This document shows positions 38,003 to 49,318 of a stretch of 64,000 nucleotides of DNA, in pieces; the stretch's first letter is position 1; the number at the start of each line of letters is the position of its first letter. The position numbers and the translations under genes are program-made. The stretch comes from Candidatus Hadarchaeum sp. (GTDB lineage Archaea > Hadarchaeota > Hadarchaeia > Hadarchaeales > Hadarchaeaceae): contig DYTO01000002.1 of NCBI GenBank assembly GCA_020725895.1, positions 3,966-67,965 on the forward strand, read 5' to 3'. The notes under the pieces are model-generated. The model was not told the DNA's origin, did not search any database, and saw nothing but the letters and a program-made list of their open reading frames with translations.

Positions 38003-39607
38003 TCAGGCCGGAGACTTTCTCTGGCGCGCGACGACAGAAACGACTACCAGGGCGACCACGACCACAGGTATGATCAAGTATATCGTGATGTCCGAGGATG
38101 GCGTGGAAGGTGTCGTTGGGGTCCCGGTGGCGAACATGCTAACGTCCGAAGAAATTTCTCCGCTTAGGCTCACGTATTTCGTCCCCTGGTAGACGTTGTC
38201 TTCGCTCGCGATGTACATCAGCACCCCTGCGAAGTTTTCATTTGAAGTCAGAACGCCCTGGGAGTTTGTCGTGCCAAGCAGCGTGTTTTCCCTCCCGTCC
38301 TCGGTGCCCCAGTAAATCACGGTGTTTGCCAGAGGGGTGTTGTCCGATTTCAGGAAAGTGAACGTGAAAGTGGCCTGGTTTTCGGTTGTACCTTGGTTAT
38401 CGGAGGTCTGGTTGTCGTCTGTGGTGCCTGACATCACGACAGTCCTGCTGAGCAGACTCGTGTTAATCCCGTCCGAAATACCCAAGTAGGAACCGTCCGA
38501 CGACATCGAGACGGAATAATTTGATGCGTAGCGCCACAGAGGTGAGCTGCTGCTGTTCGTGAACATGTAAATTCCGACGCTGCCCGACGTTGCGATGTAA
38601 GACCCGTCCGACGATATCGCCGTTGACAGAGCCTGGCCAGTGGCGTAATCGATGCTCGGCGTGCCGCTTGTGCGCGAGAACAGGTATGGCCCGCTGCTCA
38701 AAGTCCCGGCGATGATGTAGTTGCCGTCCTCTGAGATAGAGACAGATTTCACGGGGTTCAGGTATCCGCTGACAGCGTAGTTCCAGCCGACCGTGTTGTC
38801 GGTCCTCGCGTTCGAGAAGAGATAGACCTTGCCGCTAGTGTCGTCGTAAGTGCTGTCTGAAACCCCGGCCGCAACGTATGCGCCGTTCGAAGAAATCACC
38901 ACAGACGAAATGTATCGTTCGAATTCGGACGAAGTTGAGTATTCCCAAATTGGGGTGCTCGAAGTTCTGGAGAAAAACTGGACCTTGCTGTCGTGGAAGC
39001 CGGCCGCGATGTAGTTGCCGTCCGAGCTGATTGCGATGGAGTAGGCCAGCGCGCCGTTGCCGCCGTCGACCACCCACGTGGAGTATGTCCACACGGGCGT
39101 GCTCGAAGTTTTGGAGAAGAGGAAGACCTTTGAGAATTCGTAAGGATATTGCTGCGTGGAGTAATCCTGGTTCGCGGCCGCGATGTATGTGCCGTCCGCT
39201 GAGATTTTCACGTACACGACGTCACCGCCGACGCTGTGTGTCCACTGCGGCGTGCTCGAGGCGCGCACGAAGAAGTAAACGTTGCCGGCCGAGTTCGCAG
39301 CCACGATGTAGCGCCCGTCGGACGATATCGCGACGGATGTGATCGAGGCGCCGGTCGAGTAGCTCCAGATCGGGGTGTTGTCGGTGCGGGAGAAGAGGTA
39401 GACCGCGCCGTCGTGGTCGCCGGCGACCACGTAGTTCCCGTCCGCGGAGATTTTGACCTGGAAGATATTGATACTCGGGTAGTACGTCCAGACCGGCTGC
39501 TGTTCCGTCTGGGCGGCGGCGAGGCCGGTTCCGAGGGATAGGAAGATGAATTGCGTGAAGAGCAGGGCGAGTGTCATGTCCAGCAACGCGTTTTTTCTCG
39601 AACTCAT
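38003..39607 (-). CDS. Surface WD40/PQQ-like beta-propeller protein with C-terminal TM anchor
   Basis: Repeats SVAISSDGxYIAA...VYLFSR...TPxWxY; signal peptide; C-terminal TM. Confidence 0.8.
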   Translation of the reverse strand: MSSRKNALLDMTLALLFTQFIFLSLGTGLAAAQTEQQPVWTYYPSINIFQVKISADGNYVVAGDHDGAVYLFSRTDNTPIWSYSTGASITSVAISSDGRYIVAANSAGNVYFFVRASSTPQWTHSVGGDVVYVKISADGTYIAAANQDYSTQQYPYEFSKVFLFSKTSSTPVWTYSTWVVDGGNGALAYSIAISSDGNYIAAGFHDSKVQFFSRTSSTPIWEYSTSSEFERYISSVVISSNGAYVAAGVSDSTYDDTSGKVYLFSNARTDNTVGWNYAVSGYLNPVKSVSISEDGNYIIAGTLSSGPYLFSRTSGTPSIDYATGQALSTAISSDGSYIATSGSVGIYMFTNSSSSPLWRYASNYSVSMSSDGSYLGISDGINTSLLSRTVVMSGTTDDNQTSDNQGTTENQATFTFTFLKSDNTPLANTVIYWGTEDGRENTLLGTTNSQGVLTSNENFAGVLMYIASEDNVYQGTKYVSLSGEISSDVSMFATGTPTTPSTPSSDITIYLIIPVVVVALVVVSVVARQRKSPA

Positions 39608-39709
39608 GTTTGACCATGAAATTTTGGCAATGCGCGGATAAATACTTGATTTTATTTTCGTTTAGAGAGCAATGTTTTTCCTTTTTATACAACCTTCTAA
39701 CAAAATCGG

Positions 39710-40420
39710 GTGGTGGAAAACACGAACAATCTGATACTGCCAAAGAAAGTGACAGTTGATCTTGTGTATCTCATAGGAGTTCTAGCTGGCGACGGCAGCA
39801 TAAATGTTCGGCCAAAACATGATTATGAAATCAAGTGCGTGGGTAATGTCAAGGAAAAAGAATTCTATGATTCGGTGGTTTGCCCGATAATAAAAAATTT
39901 ATTTGACATTGAAGTTAAAGCTAGACTTCATGATTCCGAAACAACTTATGGCATTAGAATCTGGTCGAAGGAGTTAGTTGGTTTTCTCACTGAATTGTTT
40001 GAACTGCCTATCGGTAAGAAATATGCTAAAATAAAAGTTCCCGACAATATCAAGTCTTGCGATAAGTTTTATGTGGCGTTTATTCAGGGCTTGGCAGACA
40101 CAGATTTTTCGTTAACGTTAAAAAGACGGTACAGAAAACAGCAATATTATCCCGTGATTGTTGGAGTTTCGAAAAACAAAAAGTTCATGATAGACATTTC
40201 AAAATATCTGCAAGGCATTGGTTTTTCTATTTCAGAGCACTTTGAAAAAGTTCAGGTTGATAAAAGATTTGGAAAGACGATTACACATGTAATCCAAATG
40301 TATGGCCCCAATCAACTTGCGAAGTGGATGAATACGATTGGATTCAGAAATACAAAACACATCAAAAAATTTGAAATTTGGAAGTCAATAAAAACAATCG
40401 TTGGGCAAAAAGTGCTTTAG
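39710..40420 (+). mobile_element. Free-standing LAGLIDADG homing endonuclease HE3, convergent with tRNA-iMet
   Basis: LVYLIGVLAGDG and FIQGLADTD motifs; AT-rich; only 3 nt separate its stop from the tRNA CCA end. Confidence 0.85.
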
Positions 40421-40423
40421 AAT

Positions 40424-40615
40424 TGGTAGCGGGGGGTGGACTTGAACCACCGACTTCCCGCGCCCGCGCTCGACGCACGGACGTCTCCGGGTCTCGCAGG
40501 AGCGCCAAACCCACGGCTTGACGCCTTATGAGCTTCGCCCGTGGTTTCCCACGTCCGGCGGGCACTCCATGCTGCCTTGGGGGCAGAGTAGTTTCCTACG
40601 CTGCTCTACCCCGCT
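40424..40615 (-). tRNA. Initiator tRNA-Met(CAU) with four introns: 10/11 (40577-40605), 30/31 (40534-40554), 37/38 (40493-40526), 45/46 (40455-40484)
   Basis: Spliced AGCGGGG TA GGGC AGCATGGAGT GCCC G CCGGG CT CAT AA CCCGG AGGTC GGTGG TTCAAGT CCACC CCCCGCT A CCA; A1:U72 and GGG/CCC anticodon stem. Confidence 0.88.
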
Positions 40616-40718
40616 ACAGGTCGTCCTCGCTACCGTAGATTCGATTTATTTTGTGGGATAAATGATTTGCGTTCTTGAAAAATGCGCAGCGAAAACCAGC
40701 CGTATTCGACAGAAATAT

Positions 40719-41354
40719 TCACGCTTTTTCAATTTTGACGGGCTGTTGTCTTTCGGACGGCACCATGAACCTCCTCAGCATCCCCCCCAGCACCGCCCCC
40801 GCCGCGACTATCCCGACTATCAGGAAAGCGCTCAGGAAGAATTGAACGAGCAGGGATTGCAGGAGCATCTCGGCAGTCACCGTCTGTCCGGCCGCCGATG
40901 AGGCCACAGTTGTAACCGTCCCCCCCCAACTCTCTATAGCCACCCAACCATTTGCCGCCTGTCCCACCGCCGATGAAGCCGCCGTTGACAACGCCGCGAG
41001 CATATCCGACAATTTGCTCGTGAGAATCCCGTAAGCGGTGCCGTTTATTATCAGAAACGAGCCCGGCATGAAAAGCGCCACGAGGAACAAAGACCCGCAC
41101 AACCCGCCGGCGCGAAACCGCCACCACGTGTGGATCCCGCTTCCGAGGAAATACCCTACGAGCATTCCCCCGAAAAGCAACGCGAGTGCCCCCCCGCCGA
41201 GCACGAAGTATCCGAAGAATGCGAAGAAGAACCCGTAGAGGACCGGCTTGAGGAAAGTCCTGCGATCCATTTTTTTGCTGAACAGGAACAGGAGCAGCCC
41301 CATCACCGCGCCGCAGAATGCTAGGTATGCCAGTCTGAAAGTTAGTTCGTCCAC
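40719..41354 (-). CDS. Hypothetical multi-pass membrane protein
   Basis: Several hydrophobic Gly-rich segments. Confidence 0.7.
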   Translation of the reverse strand: MDELTFRLAYLAFCGAVMGLLLFLFSKKMDRRTFLKPVLYGFFFAFFGYFVLGGGALALLFGGMLVGYFLGSGIHTWWRFRAGGLCGSLFLVALFMPGSFLIINGTAYGILTSKLSDMLAALSTAASSAVGQAANGWVAIESWGGTVTTVASSAAGQTVTAEMLLQSLLVQFFLSAFLIVGIVAAGAVLGGMLRRFMVPSERQQPVKIEKA

Positions 41355-41601
41355 ATTTTCACAACTCGGCGCGCTCTTAAATAAAACAATTGTTTGTAGT
41401 TCGTGCTATGATTTTCTCTGTTTACAAGGGACATTCGCCCAAAGAAGAGGCGGAAACGGTTCAACGTTTATTTAAAATATTATTAATTGGTTGCCGGATC
41501 ACACCAGCGCCTGCCCGGCTGGTATCCCGGTCGGGCAATTCTTTTGAAATTTCGTCGAGCAAAAAATTTATAGCATGTGATATAAAGACCACTAAGGTTA
41601 G

Positions 41602-43539
41602 ATGCACGGTTGGGCAGGAACTGTATTGCGGGTTGATCTCAACCGAGAGAAGGTGGTCAAGCAGCCGTTGGACCCGAAGGTCGCGAAGGATTTCATGGGC
41701 GGCCGCGGGCTGAATTCTAAGGTCCTTTTTGACGAGGTGAAGCCCGGCATCGACCCACTCGGTCCTGAAAATGTCTACTGCATGTCTTCAGGCCCCCTCA
41801 CAGGCACTGCGATCAGCCTTTCCAGCAGGATCCAAGTCAGCACTATTTCACCGCTCAGCTACATCCTCGGTGACGGGAACTCGGGCGGCGACTTTCCAGC
41901 GCTGCTCAGGCGCGCGGGTTACGATCAGATTGTCATCACGGGCAGGGCGAGCAAGCCGAAGTACATCTGGATAGAGAACGACAATGTGGAGTTGAGGGAC
42001 GCCTCGGACCTCTGGGGTAGGAACAATTATGATACCGCGGACATGCTCCACGAGGATCTGGGCAATGACGTCAGGGTCGCCTCGATCGGGCAGGCCGGCG
42101 AGAACCTCGTGAGGTTCGCATGCACGGTCTTCGACAGGCACTTCACGGCGGCGAGGGGGAGCGGCGCCGTCCTCGGGTCAAAGAACCTGAAGGCAATCGC
42201 CGTCAGGGGGACTGGAAAGGTCAGCATCGCGAAGCCGGATGAGTACATGCAGCTCGTTCGCGAGGACACGCAGTTCTTCCTGACTGACAGGACCCAGCGC
42301 GAGATCCACAAGTACGGGACGCACCTCGGCGTCGTCAACTGGTATCCAGGCTACCGATACTTCAAGAAACTCCTGAGCAAGGAGGAGATCCCGTTCGAGC
42401 TCACGCCCGAGGGCTTCAAGAAGGACGAGATCGGGCGGTACGGGTGCTTCGGTTGCGTCGTCGCTTGCAGGGACGTATTCAAGATTCCTGACGGCCCGTA
42501 CAAGGGAGAGGTCGGGAAGGCGCTCGAGTACGAGACGATCTTCTGCACCGGGATAAACTGCGGGATAATGTAGCAGACGCCGGTCAGGGTGATGAACAAC
42601 CTCTCTGATAAGTACGGGCTGGACACAATCCCCCTCGGGAACGTCATTGCTTTCGCCAAGGAGCTCTACGACAAGAAGATTATCACAAAGGCCGACACCG
42701 ACGGGCTTTCGCTTGACTGGGAGGAGGTGGACGACCAGATCGAGCTCATCCACAGGATCGCCCTTAGGGAGGGCGTCGGGAACAAGATGGCGGAGGGGAT
42801 GTTCAGCTACGCGAAGATAGTGGGGAAGAACGCGATGGACTACTGCTATCACGTGAAGGGTCTTTCACGCGGGCCGGCCCTCTATCCAGTCGGAATTTTC
42901 ACTCTCGCTCACGCGACTTCCACTCGCGGCGCAGACCACCTAAGGGGAAGGAGCTGGGCTTACGGGGAGAATGATCCAGACATCTTCCCGAACTGGGTCA
43001 AGACGGGACTGATACCGAAGGATGCGGTGCCAGCGCTCGTGTTGTCAGAGAATGCGTGCACGCTTCCAGACTCGATCGGCCGGTGCAAGGGAAGCGTCAA
43101 CAACTGGCCCAGCGCAGTCCCACTCAGCTTCAAGTACCCGATTTGGGGGGGCATTGCAAAGCTCCTGACCGCGTTGACGGGCGTCGAGTATTCGGAGGCG
43201 AGCGTGGTTGAGGCGATGGAGAGGATTTACACTATCGAGAGGGCGCTTCTCATCAAACAGGGCGTGACGCGCAGGCAGGACAGGCTCGTGCTTCCGGCCG
43301 ACCAGCTTGGGACGCCGGAGGAGAGGCAGGCGCAGGAGGAGCACGCGCGAATGCTCACTGATTACTACAAGATGCGCGGATGGGAGCCCGAGAACGGCGT
43401 GCCGACCCGCGCGACCTTGGAGAAGTACGGGATGAAGTACGTGGCGGACGAGCTTCAGTCGCACGGGCCCTACAAGGAGTGGGACGGGCCGCCTCTCTGG
43501 CAGCTGAGCAAATATCCGCACGGTGGAAAACGGGCTTAG
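41602..43539 (+). pseudogene. Tungsten aldehyde:ferredoxin oxidoreductase family gene with an in-frame TAG at 42571-42573
   Basis: GGRGL, ASIGQAGENLV, GSKNLKAI, CxxCxxxC, EYET, TRGADH; both ORF halves share one frame. Confidence 0.8.
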
Positions 43540-44618
43540 TCGGTCTCGATTGAAGCCTGAGGTTTCATCCTTTGGGCTTTGAAAAACCAGCCAGGATTGT
43601 GCCCTATTGGCGCATTCTTGTAATCAAGCTGCCAGACAGTCTCGCCCTGAGGCGTGATCTCAAATATAACAGAAGTGTCGTCGGAGTCATCGATTATGGT
43701 TCCACCAATGTCAACGGAGACTATCAAATAATTGCCGTTAGGGCGCCTGTCCGCATCTCTCGTTGTGCGCAAGTTCAGGTTTTCATAAGTTCTAATAGTC
43801 GAACCATTTTCCCGATCGACTTCAACCATGACTGAATGCGAGTCGTCTTGCAGGCAGACGACTAGAGTGTTGTCATCCTCGTATACCTGAGGTTCGTGTG
43901 GCCACACGTCAGCACCAAATGAATTCCAGTCGTATTCTTTTACCACGCTACCATTTTCTGCGACGATTGCTGTCAGGTCAAAGTTTCTCAGGCTTATCAA
44001 AGTCGTGTTGTCGCTCAACCTTTGCGCAGCGTTCGTGTGCGCATATCCCTGATAAGAGTACTGAGATGACGGGTATCTCTGGGAGTAATAGTCGCTCGCG
44101 CGCCAGGACCATACCAGCGTGCCGTTTGAATCCACTTCCTTCACGGATGCGTCTGTCGTTTCGTCGTTGTTTCCAAAGACGTAAATCGTGTTGCCATTGG
44201 ACAATCGGTCTGAGTCGTGGCTGACTTTCGGATCGGATTCAGACCAGACCAAATTCCCGCTGCGATCTATCTCGTAAATCCCACTTCCTGAAATCGTGAT
44301 TAGCACGTGGTTGTCGGGGAGCACCTGCGCGTCAAACCCCACGATCACTTGTCCATGAACCCATGATGATGGAATACTGTATCCCCATACGATTTCGCCA
44401 TTCATGTCGACTTCCACGACCCTTCTGTTATCGGCATCGTAGGAGTCGGTGAACTAAGTCGTGCCGTCATACGCCTTCGTTTGGTCGTAAATTGAAACGA
44501 CGAATTTTGGTTCGTTGTCCGTGGTCGTCCGTGATGTTTGGATGTTCACGAATAGAAAAGCGCCGATGCCAATCGCACAAATAACGACTGATATCAAAAC
44601 TATTTTTACAACACTCAT
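43536..44618 (-). pseudogene. Secreted arylsulfotransferase-like beta-propeller with an in-frame TAG at 44454-44456
   Basis: Signal peptide MSVVKIV...; DGTT*FTD; SHDSDRLSNGNT, HTNAAQRL, RDADR motifs continue in frame. Confidence 0.7.
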
Positions 44619-44665
44619 TTTTGCACGTCTTTCATTATTTTTCAGACATTGAATAAAAGACCGCG

Positions 44666-44974
44666 CTATGTCTTCATCTCTATCTCGATAGCGACTTCTT
44701 CGGGGACCTGCACTCTCATGAGCTGCCTCAATGCCCGCTCGTCCGCTTGCATGTCGATCAGGCGCTTGTGGACCCTCATCTCCCACCTGTCGAAAGTCGC
44801 CGTCCCCTCGCCATCAGGGGACTTCCTTATCGTCATCTTGAGCTTCTTCGTAGGGAGTGGGATTGGCCCATGCAGGGTGACCCCTGTCCGCTTCGCTATC
44901 GTTATTATCTGCTCGCACACCTCGTTCAGCTTTTTGGTGTCCGTGCTCGATATCTTTATCCTAGCTTTTTGCAA
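44666..44974 (-). CDS. rps10: Ribosomal protein S10
   Basis: [22 protein letters not shown]. Confidence 0.97.
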   Translation of the reverse strand: MQKARIKISSTDTKKLNEVCEQIITIAKRTGVTLHGPIPLPTKKLKMTIRKSPDGEGTATFDRWEMRVHKRLIDMQADERALRQLMRVQVPEEVAIEIEMKT

Positions 44975-45014
44975 GTGTATCCCTAAATTCTATGGAGCAG
45001 GGGTTAAAAAAGGA

Positions 45015-46283
45015 CTACTTTGCGGGCGTCAGGTCCACGCAAACGCCGGCAGCGACCGTCATCCCCATGTCCCTGATCGCGAACCTGCTCATCTGCGGGA
45101 ACTCAGAGGCTTTTTCAATAACAATCGGCTTGCTTGGCGTAACGACGATAGTCGCCATGTCACCCTTCTTTATGAACTCTGGCTTTTGCTCGGTCGGCTC
45201 ACCGGTCTTTGGATCCAGCTTGTTCGTTATCTCGGAGATCTTGCACGCGACCTGCGCGGTGTGCACGTGGAACACCGGCGAGTAACCAGCGGCCAAAGCA
45301 GTCGGGTGCTGAAGCACGGCGACCCTGGCCCTGAACTCTTTCACAACCGTCGGGGGCTTGTTCGGGTGCCCGATGACGTCCCCTCTCTTCACGGCGCCCT
45401 TCTCGATGCCCCTGACGTTGAACCCGATGTTGTCCCCGGGCTCGGCCTGCTGGATGTTCTCGTGGTGCATCTCTATCGATTTCACCTCGCCCTTAACGCC
45501 AGCGGGCTCGAAGACTATCGCGTCCCCGACCTTGATTATACCTGTTTCAACTCGCCCAACAGGGACAGTCCCGACACCGGTTATCGTGTAAACATCCTGC
45601 ACCGGAAGCCTGAGCGGTTTGTCCGTAGGCTTTTTCGGGATGATAAAGTTGTCAAGCGACTCGTAGAATGTCGGCCCGGTGTACCACTTCATCTTGTCGC
45701 TCCTCTTCAAGATGTTTTCCCCGAGGAACGCCGCCGTCGGCACGAATGTGAACTTTTCAGGCCCCCTGTGCCCGACAGCTTTCAACAGGTCTACTATCTC
45801 GCCCTTGAGCTTGTTGTATACTTCCTGCTTGTACTCGACCAGGTCCATCTTGTTGATCACGATAACAAACTGCCCGACGCCGAGCGTGAACGACAACGCC
45901 GCATGCTCGCGGGTCTGCGGCATTATGCCGTCGTCGGCCGCCACGACAAGGACCGCGGCGTCCGCCTGGCTAGCGCCTGTGATCATGTTCTTGACGAAGT
46001 CGCGGTGCCCCGGCGCGTCGATGATAGTGAAAGTGTACTTGTCAGTTTCGAATTTCTTGTGGGCGAGGTCGATTGTTAGTCCTCTCTCACGCTCTTCCTT
46101 CAGGGCGTCCATGACCCACGCGAACTTGAACGTCTTCCCCTTGTCTCCCATAGCTTCGAACTTTTTCACGTCGTCCTCCCTGACGACTCCCTTTTCGAAG
46201 AGAGTTCGCCCTAGGAGTGTGGATTTTCCGTGGTCCACGTGACCAATCGACACAAGGTTCAAGTGTGGTTTCGCCATGTTCAT
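45015..46283 (-). CDS. tuf: Elongation factor 1-alpha
   Basis: All G motifs, [13 protein letters not shown]; str-operon position. Confidence 0.97.
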   Translation of the reverse strand: MNMAKPHLNLVSIGHVDHGKSTLLGRTLFEKGVVREDDVKKFEAMGDKGKTFKFAWVMDALKEERERGLTIDLAHKKFETDKYTFTIIDAPGHRDFVKNMITGASQADAAVLVVAADDGIMPQTREHAALSFTLGVGQFVIVINKMDLVEYKQEVYNKLKGEIVDLLKAVGHRGPEKFTFVPTAAFLGENILKRSDKMKWYTGPTFYESLDNFIIPKKPTDKPLRLPVQDVYTITGVGTVPVGRVETGIIKVGDAIVFEPAGVKGEVKSIEMHHENIQQAEPGDNIGFNVRGIEKGAVKRGDVIGHPNKPPTVVKEFRARVAVLQHPTALAAGYSPVFHVHTAQVACKISEITNKLDPKTGEPTEQKPEFIKKGDMATIVVTPSKPIVIEKASEFPQMSRFAIRDMGMTVAAGVCVDLTPAK

Positions 46284-46325
46284 TTCTCCTTTGCTATTTT
46301 TTCTTAACGTAAAGGATATAAAAAC

Positions 46326-46931
46326 CTATCTGGCGCCTTTTGCTATGCGCTCAAGTTCCTCCTTTTGGGAAACGGCATAGCTTTTCACATCGTTGCCCGC
46401 GGCCATTATGATCTCCTCCGCCAGACTGACCTTAACGGTCTTTTTCGTGGCGAAAGTCGCCGCGTAAGCCCCAGCAGCAATGTTCTTCAGAGCTATGTCG
46501 AGCCTCCTCTGCGGTGCGGAATCGACCGCCATGTAATATGCTATCCCACCGTAAGTGAGTCTCGTGGTCTCCTCACGCGGCGCCGAGTTCTGGACCGCGT
46601 CGACCAAAACCTGCACCGGCGATTTCTTGGTTTTCTGAGCGATGATTTTGAAAGACTCCTTCACTATGTTGTACGCCTTGTTCTTCTTCCCGGTCGCCCC
46701 GCCGCCGCGGATGGTCTTCCCGCGCAGTCTCCTCGCCCCCGGCCCCGACCTCATTATCTTGTTCATCAACCTTTCGACGATAGTGACCTCCGACTTTTTG
46801 AACTGCTTGTTTGCGTGCCTTCCAGACGTGTGTGTGATGAATCTCGGTTCGAGGTTGATGTATCTCTTCAAGCCCTCGTCCCTGATGTTGATGTTCTCAG
46901 CACCCCATTCCCCAAAATATTTGAAATTCAA
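46326..46931 (-). CDS. rps7: Ribosomal protein S7
   Basis: IVERLMN, PREETT, VDSAPQRRLD. Confidence 0.97.
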   Translation of the reverse strand: MNFKYFGEWGAENINIRDEGLKRYINLEPRFITHTSGRHANKQFKKSEVTIVERLMNKIMRSGPGARRLRGKTIRGGGATGKKNKAYNIVKESFKIIAQKTKKSPVQVLVDAVQNSAPREETTRLTYGGIAYYMAVDSAPQRRLDIALKNIAAGAYAATFATKKTVKVSLAEEIIMAAGNDVKSYAVSQKEELERIAKGAR

Positions 46932-46935
46932 AAGA

Positions 46936-47382
46936 TCACCTTGTTGGTTTCTCCTTTCTTCCTTTCACGAGCTCGTTCAGCGAAACTCCGTTGACCTTTA
47001 CAACACGATACCTGACGCCCGGTATGTCCCCGTAAGACCTGCCCTTCGCGCCGCCTATCCCCTCTATCACTACCTCGTCGTGCTCGTCGATGAAGCCTAT
47101 CGCGCCCTCGCCGGGTGCGAAAGCCGTGAGCTGGCGCCCGTTCTTCACCAACTGGACCCTGACGCACTTCCTTATCGCGGAGTTTGGCTGCTTCGCCTCT
47201 ATCCCGACCTTCTCAAGGACTATCCCTCTCCCCTGAGGCGCCCCTTCAAGCGGGTCTGCCTTCTCCTTTAGCCTGAGGATCCTCCTTCTGTACTGTGGGT
47301 CCTTCCACCTTAGCTTCTGCCTCGCAAAAGTCAGCTTCCTAGCAGCGAATGCTCCTTTAGGCGACTTCATCTGAACACTCAA
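46936..47382 (-). CDS. rps12: Ribosomal protein S12
   Basis: [19 protein letters not shown]. Confidence 0.97.
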   Translation of the reverse strand: MSVQMKSPKGAFAARKLTFARQKLRWKDPQYRRRILRLKEKADPLEGAPQGRGIVLEKVGIEAKQPNSAIRKCVRVQLVKNGRQLTAFAPGEGAIGFIDEHDEVVIEGIGGAKGRSYGDIPGVRYRVVKVNGVSLNELVKGRKEKPTR

Positions 47383-47410
47383 GTAACTTGTTAGTTTAGA
47401 TTAAAAAGGC

Positions 47411-47839
47411 TCACCTTAAGATAACGTCGCTGATGTTCAGGTGCCTCTCAGCGATTTTTTTAACGTTCTGGATCTTCCTGCCCTTCCTTCCGACGGCCAC
47501 CTTCTTGTCCTCGGCATCTATCCTGGCAACGGCGATCTTCTTCCCCTCATGCTCCGAGATGCTGACAGATTTCACCCGCGCGGGCACAAGAAGATTCTTC
47601 ACGAATTTCTCCGGCGTCTCCGAGTACTCGACCACCTCTATCGCCTTACCGACCAGGTGCTCAGCCCTCCTGACGTTGCTGCCGCTCTTCCCTATAGCAA
47701 GTCCCATCTCCCCCTCCTTGACAACATAGGTGATCAGGCCGCCGCTCTCGTTGATGACGCAATCCTTGACGTGCGCCCCCGAAATCCCCTCGAAAAATGC
47801 TATCTGTCTCATCTCATCTGTCGTTATCTTCAACGTCAT
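47411..47839 (-). CDS. nusA: Archaeal NusA-like KH protein
   Basis: AIGKSGSNV, AVGRKGRKI; position after rpl30e. Confidence 0.93.
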   Translation of the reverse strand: MTLKITTDEMRQIAFFEGISGAHVKDCVINESGGLITYVVKEGEMGLAIGKSGSNVRRAEHLVGKAIEVVEYSETPEKFVKNLLVPARVKSVSISEHEGKKIAVARIDAEDKKVAVGRKGRKIQNVKKIAERHLNISDVILR

Positions 47840-48138
47840 CTCGTTTCCACCGCGCTGAGAATGCTGGAATTCCCTGGGTTCACGACTGCAACCATGTTCA
47901 CTGTGAATGGCTTCCCGCAAGCTAGCCCCAACTCCCTGCTGTCCTTCTCAAAAACGTGGAACCTCACGCCAGCGATGCTCGAGTAGTGGCGCGCGTCATC
48001 GAGAGGATCCTTCGGACAGTTCGATGCAACTATGACGAGCTTTGCCTGGCCGCGCTTGATGACTTTCAAAGTCCTGTCGGTCCCGATCGCAACTTCGCCG
48101 GACGACACGGCTCTCCCGAGTTCCTTACTTACCTCCAC
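47836..48138 (-). CDS. rpl30e: Ribosomal protein L30e
   Basis: [18 protein letters not shown]. Confidence 0.95.
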   Translation of the reverse strand: MEVSKELGRAVSSGEVAIGTDRTLKVIKRGQAKLVIVASNCPKDPLDDARHYSSIAGVRFHVFEKDSRELGLACGKPFTVNMVAVVNPGNSSILSAVETR

Positions 48139-49318
48139 CCTTTGCGCCTCCTTTCATAACTAGCTCCACTGTTCCGGTGCCCAGTGGGATGGGCTGCCCG
48201 GCAATGACGTTCTCTATTATCCCGGATAGCCTGTCGGATTCCCCGTGCATGCAAGCTTCGAAGATGTGTTTGGTCGTCGTCTCGAAGGAGGCCCTGGCCA
48301 GAACGCTGGCCTTTTCGCCGCTTATCCCGTGTCTTCCTATCTGCCTGATCGACCCAGAAGCGGTCATCATGTCGGAGACGAGCATTATGTGGCGCACGTC
48401 CACATCTAGCCCCTGCTCTTCCAGAGTCTTTATCGCCTCGTTGATTATCGCGTTCCTCGCGGCCTCTATCCCGAGGGTCTGCTCAATCTCATAGATGTCG
48501 TTGGTGACCGTCCTGTCCTGGTCGACCTCAGGCATGTTCAGGATGTCCGCTAGGTTCGAACCCTCAGTGTACACCACGTACTCCGTTCCTTCTATTTTCA
48601 CGAGGACCCTGGTTATCCCCTTCACGCCGAGAAGCAAGTGGGACTTGACCTTTGTCGCGTTCCTCCTCAACTCCGTCATGCTCTCGTTTTCTGATTTTAT
48701 CCTGAGCTTGTACCCGTCTATCCCGACCTCCAAGTCTAGGCCGTTCGCTATCGAGGATGCGATTATCTTTGGCGTGAGCCCCAGCCTCTGGACCTTTGTC
48801 CTGTCCAGGGTGACGATGAAAATCAGGTTTATCAGGTCAGTCTCCGTCTGGAGCGCCAGGTCCTCGACGGTGGTCATCTCGATCTTCTGCGCGAATTCCC
48901 TCGCCTTCTCCCTGCTCTTCGAGTATTTTTCCTTCAAGTATATGACCATCAAAGCCGTTGAAAGGGTCTTCCTCGCGTCGAGGATTTCGATCAGCCTCGG
49001 CAGACCCAGCGTGACGTTCAGCTCTGCGACACCGGCATAGTGGAACGTCCTGAGCGTCATCTGAGTGCCCGGCTCCCCTATCGATTGGGCGGCCACTGTC
49101 CCTACAGCCTCCCCCGCCTCAACGGTGGCCCTCTGGTACGCGTTCTTGACTGCGTCGATTGCCTTTTCCAGCTGCTCCCTCGAGATAGCCTTGTCTTTCG
49201 AGATCTGCGTGAGATTTTGCTGGAGGTCTTTCATGATAAGTTCCGGTACTTCGCCCTCGAGCTTCTGGACCTCTGTTTTGATCGTGTCCGGAGAAACTCC
49301 CGCCATCTCAATCACCAA
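48125..49318 (-). CDS. rpoA2: RNA polymerase subunit A''
   Basis: [26 protein letters not shown]. Confidence 0.97.
   Translation of the reverse strand: MVIEMAGVSPDTIKTEVQKLEGEVPELIMKDLQQNLTQISKDKAISREQLEKAIDAVKNAYQRATVEAGEAVGTVAAQSIGEPGTQMTLRTFHYAGVAELNVTLGLPRLIEILDARKTLSTALMVIYLKEKYSKSREKAREFAQKIEMTTVEDLALQTETDLINLIFIVTLDRTKVQRLGLTPKIIASSIANGLDLEVGIDGYKLRIKSENESMTELRRNATKVKSHLLLGVKGITRVLVKIEGTEYVVYTEGSNLADILNMPEVDQDRTVTNDIYEIEQTLGIEAARNAIINEAIKTLEEQGLDVDVRHIMLVSDMMTASGSIRQIGRHGISGEKASVLARASFETTTKHIFEACMHGESDRLSGIIENVIAGQPIPLGTGTVELVMKGGAKGGGK

Noticed and set aside
42571..42573. Pyrrolysine recoding of the AOR amber codon
   Set aside because: No pyl genes in the window, TAG is a normal stop in many core genes here, and neighbouring genes are also disrupted
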